This document shows positions 14,329 to 24,480 of a DNA stretch of 64,000 nt, piece after piece. The stretch is from Octopus sinensis. Its lineage: Eukaryota. Positions within the stretch are counted from its first letter, which is position 1. Each line of letters begins with the position of its first letter. The notes beneath the pieces were generated by a model that worked only from the letters and a program-made list of their open reading frames with translations, was not told where the DNA came from and did not search any database. The DNA lies in assembly GCF_006345805.1 (NCBI RefSeq), contig NC_043010.1, forward strand, positions 56,110,001-56,174,000, written 5' to 3'. The translations under genes and the position numbers were made by a program.

Positions 14329-14741
14329 TTTCTTTATTAGCCACACAGGGCTGAACACAGACGGGACAAATTACAAAGTAGAGCTTTTCTTTTGGGGGAG
14401 AAAGAAAAAGTGGGGGTAGGTTTTCGATCAAAAGGGATCGTAAAGGAAAGAGAAAAAAAAACGATCAATAGGGATCGTGTATCACAGAAATGTCATGATG
14501 TAAAGTGTAAAGGGAGAAGTAGATAAGGTTTATCCGTGGAAAGAAAAGCTTACGGAAAATACCACGGTAACCTCGGTCAATAATGTCACATGTTAACGCA
14601 TTTATTTGCAAGTAAGTAACTCTCTTTTTAAAATTTTTCCGGGTTCATAGGATTATGCTCAAGGTGGCTTCGTCATTCATACGTGCCATCCTTGCTACAT
14701 TCACCCATCTTTTTTTGAAACATTCGCTAGACAAAACTTGC

Positions 14742-14745
<4 letters not shown>
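14329..14745 (-). mobile_element. 3' end of a Tx1/L1-like LINE (ORF C-terminus plus T-rich 3' UTR) abutting a (GA)n/(TA)n tract
   Basis: Minus ORF ends ...RQVLSSECFKKRWVNVARMARMNDEATLSIIL* at 14645, then a T-rich UTR ending TCTGTGTTCAGCCCTGTGTGGCTAATAAAGAAAC. Clade assignment is from the general F..RW C-terminal pattern only. Confidence 0.6.
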
Positions 14746-14808
<63 letters not shown>

Positions 14809-15370
14809 TATATATAGAGAGAGATAGAGATAGAGGGGGGGGAGATACATACAAACCGCTATATTTTTTTACACGCTCAATATCACACCGCACCCCCTAC
14901 ACAACGCACTCCCCGGAAACATTGTTAACAACCGTACACCATAAACCATACAAAACAAATCCTGTCCAACTCAGCACACACACACACACCGCATCACACA
15001 GACAAAAGGCCAGGCCATAAACCACACACAGCGCTTTACAACGAAAACATCGAACAGCCCCCCCGCCCCGCCTCCCCAACCACCACTCTGAAATATTTCT
15101 GCCACATTACAAGTGTCAACATAGCTATGATGTAGCAATGCTGTCATCTTTGTCAATGTCCCGGCCACACTGCGCAGGACAGCAACAAACACGTTTCACA
15201 CTGATTCCTGACGCTATTATTCAACAGTTTTCTCCGGTTTCCCGTTTCTTTTCAACAGTTCAATAGCAACAGGATGTCGACAGGCCAATGGTAGCAGCAG
15301 CTGCCTCATCATCCACACATTTCTAGACTCATTTATTCGTATTCTACATCGTGCACGCGCGGGTGTATAT

Positions 15371-15475
<105 letters not shown>

Positions 15476-15499
15476 ATATATGGCTTTCCTTCTTCTTCG

Positions 15500-15910
15500 A
15501 GCCGGGCAAAATGCTTAGCGGTATTTCGTCTGTCATTACGTTCTGAGTTCAAATTCGGCCGAGGTCAACTTTGCTTTTCATCCTTTCGGGGCGATGAAAT
15601 AAGTACAACTGGGCAGTGGGGTCAATGTAACTGACTGACCCCCTGCCCCGAAATCGCTGGCCTTGTGCCAACATTTGATGCCATTATTATTATTGTTAAG
15701 GCAGCGTGCTGAGAGAATCGTCGGCATGGCGGAAGTAACGCTTTGCGGCATTTTGTTCGTTCTGAGTTCAAATTCCGCCGAGGTTGACTTTGCCTTTCAT
15801 CTCAACGAGCTCGATAAAATAAGTACCAGTTGAGTACAGGGGGCGATGTAATCGACTTACCCCCTCCACCGAATTTGCTGGCCTTGAGCCAAAATTTGAA
15901 ATTTATTATC
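15500..15910 (+). mobile_element. Two head-to-tail SINE A copies separated by an (ATT)n tail
   Basis: GTTCTGAGTTCAAATTC(C/G)GCCGAGGT...AAGTAC...TGTAA core occurs twice. Confidence 0.9.
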
Positions 15911-15929
15911 GCCATTGTTGTTTAGGTTA

Positions 15930-17050
15930 TTCTTTCATACAGCTTCTTCCAGGTTTAAAGTAACAAGATGGATGTTTTACTTAGGATTATCCGTGATCTG
16001 TTTGTACGGGAAGGGGACCAGAATCTGAGAACTAATATTCTTTTAAATTTGTAATTTTTCAGTTTTGAAAGAGTTCAAAGAGAATCGGAGATTTTCAATT
16101 GACCATGTCTTTCTTAGAATGTGAACAGTAACAATATGAACAATATTTTTTGGAGTTCTGATACCTTCGTATATTTTGATAATCGACCTTAATCTTTTAA
16201 GAGTGCCTTTGGATATTGTCCTCAAAGTTCCAAAGATTACAGGTAGAGTTCTTGTTCTTTTTTTGAGACCTCTATTTCAAGATCATTATACTAATTTCAC
16301 TTCTCAAATGTTTTTATAAGTGTTGCAATCATGAACTGACATGTTTTGTCGACGTGATGTTTCAACACAATTTCTACTCTGTTGGCCGTTACAACACGAT
16401 AAGTTTGGATATTAATGTTCCTAACAACGGTGACATCTTTATTTTGGTTCGCCCGTTCTCATTTGCAAGTCCAAAATGACGGCATATGATCCAGTGCAAA
16501 TACTGGCCAAGTCTATCATGGCGATTAATACATATAATTGCTTGGTAGTTTCTGGTGGGCGGACACTGATCCTGAGTTGTAATGAAACACTCTATTTTTT
16601 CCGATTTCAATCCAGATGCAACCAACCATTGATGGATCATTTTATAGCGTAATTGCCATACAATGCCTTGCTTTTCCGTGTATTTGGTCGCACTGAGACG
16701 CCATTTGCTTTGCTTTCTGTTCTTATCTGTTCAGCTTTCACCTTGTCTTCTTCTCTTCCATCTCGTTGCGTCTCAGTCTCGCTGAACTTTCATTCCCGAA
16801 CTTTCTGCTTTTTCTGGTGGTAACTACTTTGGGCGGGGGTGAACTTTCACATTTCCCGACAAGTTTAAGCATCCAGCCGTTGGTATTCTTTAGTTAGGTG
16901 TCTGTTCTTATGATGACTATCTTCAGAGGCAGTTGCAGCTGCATCAGTCCACGTCTTCCATCACCTTTAGGTGATGCATCCGGTGCATTGTGAGGAGATA
17001 AACGTAATTTTTGCATCAATTTTATTGATCTCACTGACCGACCATTTTAT
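15930..17050 (-). mobile_element. Decayed RLE-type LINE (R4/Dong-like), post-RT to C-terminal region
   Basis: Minus frames give LTMHRMHH, HQWLVASGLKSE..FI..QDQC..TRNYQA, RHDRLGQYLHWIICRHFG (RHD motif) and HIVTVHILRK, typical of R4-clade zinc-knuckle/RLE regions. Confidence 0.75.
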
Positions 17051-17154
17051 GATATTAAAGGTAAAGGTTACAAAAAGCATCGCTAAAGTCTTCCTTCTTT
17101 AAGGTCTGAGGTTCAACTTCCATCGAGCTCACCTTTTCTTTTCTTCTTTATTGC

Positions 17155-17370
17155 TAAAGCTGCGAGCTGACAGAAGCGACAGCGCACCGAGCCGAATGCT
17201 TAGCGCTATTTCGTCCGTCTATACGTTCTGAGTTCAAATTCCACCGGGACCGACTTAACCGTTCATTTTCTCGTGGTTGATAATTTAAGTACCAGTTGAA
17301 CACTGGGGGTCAATGTAATCGACATAGCCCCTCCCCCAAACTTGCTGTTCTTCTGCCTATAGTAGAAAGG

Positions 17371-17437
<67 letters not shown>

Positions 17438-18100
17438 GGGCGGCGAGCTGACAGAATCGTTAGCACACCGGACGAAATGCTTAGCCGTATTTCGTCTGCC
17501 GCTACGTTCTGAGTTCAAATTCCGCCCGGTTCGACTTTGCCTTTCATCCTTTCGAGGTCGATTAAATAAGTACCAGTTACGCACTGGGGTCGATATAATC
17601 GACTTAATCCGTTTGTCTGTCCTTGTTTGTCCTCTCTGTGTTTAGCCCCTTGTGGGTAGTAAAGAAATAGAAATGGGTATTTCGTCTATCGCTACGTTCT
17701 GAGTTCAAATTCCGCCGAGGTTGACTTTGCTTTCCTTCCTTTTGGGGTCGATAAATGAAGTACCAGTTGAATACTGGGCTCGATGTGATCGACTGTCCCC
17801 CTCCCCACAAAATCTAGGCCTTGTGCCTATCGTAGAAAGGATCATTATTATTATCTTCCTCACCATCAAGGCGGCGAGCTGACAGAATCGTTAGCACACG
17901 CTGGACGAAATGCTTAGTGGTATTTCCTCTGCCGCTACGTTCTGAGTTCAAATTCCGCCGAGGTCGACTTTGCCTTTCTTCTTTTCGTGGTCGATAAATT
18001 AAGTACCAGTTACGCACTGGACTCGATGTAATTGACTACTCCCCTCCCCCAAACTTTCAGGCTTTGCGCCTACAGCAGAAAGGATTGTTATTATTATTAC
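17155..18100 (+). mobile_element. Head-to-tail array of SINE A monomers/dimer separated by (ATT)n
   Basis: Four GTTCTGAGTTCAAATTCC B-box cores (about 17225, 17505, 17695, 17938); heads at 17155, 17438 and 17868. Confidence 0.92.
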
Positions 18101-18564
18101 TGTAAGGATTATAACCAAAGAATTCCCCACCAGACCTAAAATGTTGGTGAGGGACTCGTGTGGTTACCTGACTAAACGTCGATACAATTCGCAGTTAATG
18201 AAGACTGAAGGATCTTCGCTTTTATAGCTTCAGCCTTTCTTTATTTCTTTATTTCTAAAGCGAAACGTTCTAACCAACCCCCAACACACACACATACACC
18301 TATGAATGTATGCACATAGATATAATATGTGTGTGTGTGTGTGAGTGTGTGTGGATACACATTCACACAAACAATATATGTAAATATATTACAAAGAGAG
18401 AGGGGGAGAGAGAGATTCAGAAGAAATCGATAATCTGATGGGAAAAAATAGCCAAGTAGGAAAGAGAACTAAACAGAAATATTTGTCAGGAAGCAATTCC
18501 TTACACAACCACTACTACCCTCCTACTTTTTCTCTAGTTTCTTGGATACTATATACATATATAT

Positions 18565-18639
<75 letters not shown>

Positions 18640-19003
18640 ATATAATGCGGGAGTGTATACGTGTGTGTGACTACAAATAGATTCTCAGCTATTTATAAAA
18701 AGAACCTAACCGATTGTATAAAAAACATTTAACCTTAAAGACCCAGAATTTCATTAACACATTCATAATCATACCGATGCATACACGCCTACACGCACGC
18801 ACACACGCACACACGCTCACATAGACACACTTAACCGGAGACCTACTGCAAACATGCACACCCGATACATGCGTGTATGTGTATTAATATTTACAGCGTT
18901 ATAGACATATATACATAGACATATATACATAGACATATATACATAGACGCGCACTCACACACGAATGCAGTTACACACAGTCACACATATACAAGCATAT
19001 GTT

Positions 19004-19048
<45 letters not shown>

Positions 19049-19055
19049 GTGTGTG

Positions 19056-19096
<41 letters not shown>

Positions 19097-19890
19097 TCAA
19101 TGTATTTTCATTAAACTATATCTTTATCCATCTCTCAACATCTTTTATTGAAATATATTTTTATTTCCACACCTTCTTTATTTCCTCTTTTTCTCTCTCT
19201 ATCCTTTGTGCGCCCGCGTGTGTGTGTGTGTGTGTGTGTGTGCATGTTGCTGTCAGTGTGTGTATGTGTGTGTCTGTATTTGTCCGTTAGAGAGAGGGAA
19301 AGAGATTTATTCCGCCATGTTTATCCAGCCATCAATTCTTTATTGAAATATGGCGACCTCTTGCCAAACTGGGTCTTTCTCTTCGTATTTACCTTGGTTT
19401 ATATACCTGTGCGTGCGTGTGTGCGTGTGCGTGTGTATGTGTGTGTGTGAATATGTGAGTGTTAATGAGTGTACGTGTGCTAATGTGTGTTACGTGAGTG
19501 TGAATATCTGTTATTAATGTGTGATTGTGCTAATGTGTTTGGTTATGTGTATGTATTAATGTGCGAGTGGTAAACCTCCACAGTTGATCTTTCCGCCACA
19601 AGTTCTCAGATTAGAGAAAAAGAAGGGATGGTCACGCCTGGAGCTGACTTGGTCCTATGTGCTCAAGATCAGGTTTCGGCTGGAGATAAACAACAATAGT
19701 TCCTAAATAATCTATCTGCCATACGGTATCTTATTTTTTATATCACAGAGTAGGGGTTTGAGTGTGGAATTCGAGAGGAACAGTCATCGCAAGGGTTCAA
19801 CAGAACATTAATCAAGGGTTCTGCTGGTTTTTGTTTTCAGTGATGTTTAATACCTTTCGTCGACATAAATATCACTGGACGTTATACATG

Positions 19891-19936
<46 letters not shown>

Positions 19937-20146
19937 GAAATAGAAAGATGAATAATCTTGTTGCAGATTAATCAAAAGTTTAACCGATACCTTGGTAGCA
20001 AAAATCACAGCAGAAGACAGCACGGTTGGAGGTACAACCATATGGTGTTGCAACCGTGCGTTGGTGCGGATAATTGAATTTTAATATTATTAGTGAATTG
20101 AAGAAATGGAGTTGAACGAAGATTGAACAGAAATCGTTTTATTGCA

Positions 20147-20226
20147 TTCTACACGTGTTTCGAAAGGCACAATTTACCAAATTCCGATTGAATAAGGAGA
20201 CCGTATTGTGTCTTTTTCTTCAGGAA
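20147..20226 (-). ncRNA. Type I hammerhead ribozyme-like motif, left-arm copy with an A10.1-C11.1 mismatch
   Basis: Inverse copy of 20419-20497; one substitution removes the first stem II pair. Confidence 0.5.
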
Positions 20227-20418
20227 GAAATAGGAAATCCGTTGGAAAAAACAAAAACAGAACAGAGGCGGAGCAAAACAAATCGAACGAGGCTCCTAAG
20301 AGCCCATGGCCAAACTCCCATGGCCAAGAGTTTGGCCATGGGCTCTTAGGAGCCTCGTTCGATTTGTTTTGCTCCGCCTCTGTTCTGTTTTTGTTTTTTC
20401 CAACGGATTTCCTATTTC

Positions 20419-20497
20419 TTCCTGAAGAGAAAGACACAATACGGTCTCCTTATTCAATCGGAATTTGGTAATTTTGCCTTTCGAAACACGTGTAGAA
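20419..20497 (+). ncRNA. Type I hammerhead ribozyme-like motif (CUGAAGA core, palindromic stem III ACACGUGU, GUA site)
   Basis: TTC-CTGAAGA(20422-28)-GAAAG...CTTTC-GAAA(20483-86)-CACGTG-TA-GAA: 3-bp stem I, 5-bp stem II with long loop, predicted cleavage after 20494. Confidence 0.65.
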
Positions 20498-20620
20498 TGC
20501 AATAAAACGATTTCTGTTCAATCTTCGTTCAACTCCATTTCTTCAATTCACTAATAATATTATATATATAATATATATATATATTATGAATATATATATA
20601 TATATATATATATATACTAT

Positions 20621-20660
<40 letters not shown>

Positions 20661-20818
20661 ACATTATTGGTGAATTGAAGAAATGGAGCTGAACGCAGAT
20701 TGAACAGAAATCGTTTTATTTCATTCTACACGTGTTTCACTGCTGTGATTTTTGCTACTAAGGTATCGGTTAAACTTTTGATTAATCTACTACAAGATTA
20801 TTCATCTTTCTATTTCAC

Positions 20819-20965
<147 letters not shown>

Positions 20966-20972
20966 TATATAT

Positions 20973-21312
20973 GAATGCGCATGGCTCAGTGGTTAGAGCG
21001 TCGAGCTTACGATCGTGAGGTTGTGAGCTCGAATCTCGGACCGGGCTGCGTGTTGTGTTCTTGAGCAAGGCACTTTATTTCACGTTGCTCCAGTTCACTC
21101 AGCTGTAGAAATGAGTTGCGACGCCACAGGTGCCAAGCTGTATCGGCCCCCTTGCCTTTCCCTTGGATAACACTGATGGCGTGGAGAGGGGAGGCCGGTA
21201 TACATGGGCGACTGCTGGTCTTCCATAAACCACCTTGCCCAGACTTGTGACTAGGAGGGTAACTTTCTAGTTGCAATCCCATGGTCAGTGTCGTGACCGA
21301 AGGGGGGCCCCG
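20973..21312 (+). mobile_element. Full-length tRNA-derived SINE family C inserted in (TA)n
   Basis: A-box TGGCTCAGTGGTTAGAGC and B-box-like GCTCGAATCTC, followed by GTGTTGTGTTCTTGAGCAAGGCACTTT central domain; TA repeats on both sides. Confidence 0.85.
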
Positions 21313-21347
<35 letters not shown>

Positions 21348-21374
21348 ATATATATACACACACACCACACATAC

Positions 21375-22037
21375 GATGGGTTTATTTCAGTTTCCGTCCA
21401 CCAAATCCACTCACAATGCTTTGGTCGGCCCGAAGCTATAGTAGAAGACACTTGCTCAAGGTGTCAAGCAGTGGGACTGAACCATGTGGTTGGGAAGCAA
21501 GCTTCTTTATTTCATTACATTTGCCATAAAGGCAGTACATAGAGTAAAGTAGCTTTGCGGGCTGGACGAGGACATTAATGAAATGAATGATAATGAAAGA
21601 AAGATGATGAGGATGGGAGAAGACAAAAAGCGTCCGCCGACTTCTGCTTCTCTAAAACATTGTTCTTTAAAACCAAACACAAAACAAGGTATTAAAACCT
21701 CTTAAAACTTTTACAACTTTTCAATTTTTTGACTTAACACTCCATTACAAACAACAATATAGTTCAATAATTACATATAATATATATAAATACAATACGC
21801 AAAGCCCCTCCTCCCAGACCTGGCTTACACTTCCCTTAGGCAGTGCGCCAGCTCTAGGTCGGGGCCCCAGAAGGCGTATCTAAATATGTCCTTTGAGAAG
21901 GTGTTTATTACCCTGACCATAGCGACATCCGAAATGATCTTCGTAGTCACCTGCGAAGGCCACTCCTCGTCCTCTGTCCAGGGCATGGGCTCTTCCCTCC
22001 GGGAAGCAAGCTTCTTACCACACAGCCACACCTGCGC

Positions 22038-22038
<1 letters not shown>
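21375..22038 (-). mobile_element. SINE B copy split by an insertion
   Basis: Head (revcomp GGCGCAGGTGTGGCTGTGTGGTAAGAAGCTTGCTTCCC) at 22001-22038; body resumes at 21375-21507. Confidence 0.85.
21508..22000 (-). mobile_element. 493-bp 5'-truncated LINE 3' end (Tx1/L1-like) with a 16-bp target-site duplication
   Basis: GGGAAGCAAGCTTCTT is duplicated at 21492-21507 and 22001-22016. The insert has an open frame ending ...RVINTFSKDIFRYAFWGPDLELAHCLREV* (stop at 21825) and a T-rich 3' UTR. Confidence 0.75.
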
Positions 22039-22083
<45 letters not shown>

Positions 22084-22789
22084 CACATACAGACGCGTGT
22101 GTGCGTGGTTATAAAGTAGAGTTGCTACTCGCGAACGGGTATGCTACGATTCGCTGCACCTTGCTTTCACTAATTTCCTTTTGAGAGAGCGGGAGAGTGT
22201 TTGTGTCAGAGCGGCACGAGCACAAGGAGGCTGCTAATTACGACTGATTAGACAGTGGCAGCGTGGAATAAAATGCCTTGATAAAAGACACACCACACCA
22301 TCTGGGTCAGGGACCGAACACACGATTTTATGACAATGGACTGAAAATTGTAAGCGCATGGTCACAAGCCTTCACACTCATACACACATGCAGAGGGAGT
22401 TGGGTGGCAGAGATTTTGATGAAACGAACCGAAGAAATAAAGTCAATAAGCAAAACCAGAACATAAATATTGTTTTTAATTCCTTGAGCCGAAAAGTTAA
22501 GGACCGGCAGTTTCGTGCACTGATCATACACAAACGTTTCCTAAGTGCCACGTACGAAACTTCTGGATCTTGAGTCACTTATATAGCTCTATATAGATGC
22601 GCGCCTGTCGGGATAGGCAGTAAAATCCTTTTTCGATAGAAGTATCACCTGGAGAAATACTGATCTTGTGTCAGATCTTGCTATCAGATTGTAATATCGT
22701 TGAAAGATATAGTCTTGTATCCGTTTAAAACAGGTGTTTATCATTTGAGATATTGATAACAATTTCCTACACAGCTACTTTAAATAACA

Positions 22790-22849
<60 letters not shown>

Positions 22850-23973
22850 CATCATCATTATTATTATTATGTCTGTTGTATGAAGGAAAATATAATTTAT
22901 CTCTTGGCTGATATTTCCTGAATAGTGTCGCTGTTTTATTTGAAATATTTGAAATGTGTGAATTACTATATTATATTTAGCGATAGATTGTGTTGAGATA
23001 TATTCAACTAGCTTCTAATCGATATACATACATACACGAATACATATGCTCTTATACACATACCCATATACTCCATATGCGTTTAAAAACAACGAATAAA
23101 CCACAGAACTAGTGGAACTTCGAAGTCAGTCAACAGTGTGTGTGTGTGTGTGTTTTGGGCGATGGACGGGTAGCTGGACGGGTAGATGCACATTACAGCA
23201 ACATGTTTTGAGCCAGGTTAGAGTTGTGGCATTTAAAAGCCTTTCGTAAATCTAAGAGCTGAACAACCGAGTCTTGTGTTGCTCTTTTGGTCCCAGTAAA
23301 TATGAGCATTTGTTCTAAGGCCGTATTTTTAGATTCAGTTGGCATGAAAGTTCTTGGAGGTCACATCATTAAGTACCTTCGGATAATTACACCAGAGGAT
23401 TTGGAGCCTTCTTGACGGTTTCTGCAACTGAGTATAATTTACAAAACTCCTTTGACCGCCTTTCTTGTATGTGCCACAAACGAAAGATTGATCTCATCTT
23501 GGCCTTTAGTGTGAAGGGTAACCAATAGCAGCCACTGAGTTTTTTTGTCTACCAGAACTGTTACTGACACAAGAACCTTTCGTTAGGGTTGTTCCATCAA
23601 TGTAACTCTTTATCTAATTGATCATCACAACATTCCAGTAACTGGGTCCCCGTGGTTGGTGTCACTGGCCTTTCTACTTCTGCATTACAACAGCTGGGTT
23701 TCTTTTTTTCTTTCTCGTTTCACTCATTTATTTTGCGTGATTATTGGTCGAAATGCATGAAAACGTTTATCTGGCAACTGTGGCATGAAATATGCGTGCA
23801 ACTTAATTTAGGAACAAAGTATACACAAGAAACAAGATGAGCATTTTCATTTTTCCTTTTACTTATCTTATCCGTCACTTTTGCCGAACCGCTAAACTAC
23901 AAGGACGAAAACACCATTGGTTTTCAAACGATGGCGGGGCGGGGGGAACAAACATACACACACACACACACAC

Positions 23974-24034
<61 letters not shown>

Positions 24035-24060
24035 TATATATATATAATATATATATATTA

Positions 24061-24480
24061 GGCGCAGGAGTGACTGTATGGTAAGTAGCTTGCTTACCTA
24101 CTACATGGTTCCGGGTTCAGTCCCACCGTGTGGCTCTTTGGGCAAGTGTCTTTTACTAAAGCTTCAGGCCGACCAAAGCCTTGTGAAGGGATTTGGTAGA
24201 CGGAAACTGAAAGAAGCCCGTCGTATATACACATATATGTGTGTGTGTATCTATGTTGTGTTTACTCTTCTAACTTAGCGGTTCAGCAAAAGATAGCGAT
24301 AGAATAAGTCCATGGGTTGATTTGTTCGACTAAAGGCGGTGCTCCAGCATGGCTGCAGTCAAATACGACGGGTCTCTTTCAGTTTCCGTCAACCAAATCC
24401 ACTCACAAGGCTGAAGTCGAAAACACTTGTTCAAGGTGCCACGCAATGGAACTGAACCCGGAACCATGTTGTTGGGAATA
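24061..24480. mobile_element. Adjacent inverted SINE B pair (+ copy 24061-24363, - partial copy 24364-24480)
   Basis: GGCGCAGGAG head through CAGCATGGCTGCAGTCAAAT, directly followed by the reverse complement of the same family's 5' body. Confidence 0.88.

Noticed and set aside
15235-15370. Good splice acceptor (TTTCTTTTCAACAG) followed by one open frame
   Set aside because: The peptide is unrecognisable, the donor is weak, and there is no supporting neighbouring exon.
20155-20502. Mirror-image 64-87 aa ORFs (MSFSSGRNRK...)
   Set aside because: By-product of the DNA palindrome.
20973-21060. SINE heads as tRNA genes
   Set aside because: They have A/B boxes but no complete cloverleaf and run directly into SINE bodies.
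22520-22570. CTGATCA...GAAAC hammerhead-like spacing
   Set aside because: C3/C8 cannot pair and the stems are not convincing.
23230-23650. Possible R4-like RT N-terminal remnant on the minus strand (KKAPN, KKY(R)P)
   Set aside because: Too degraded to support without alignment.
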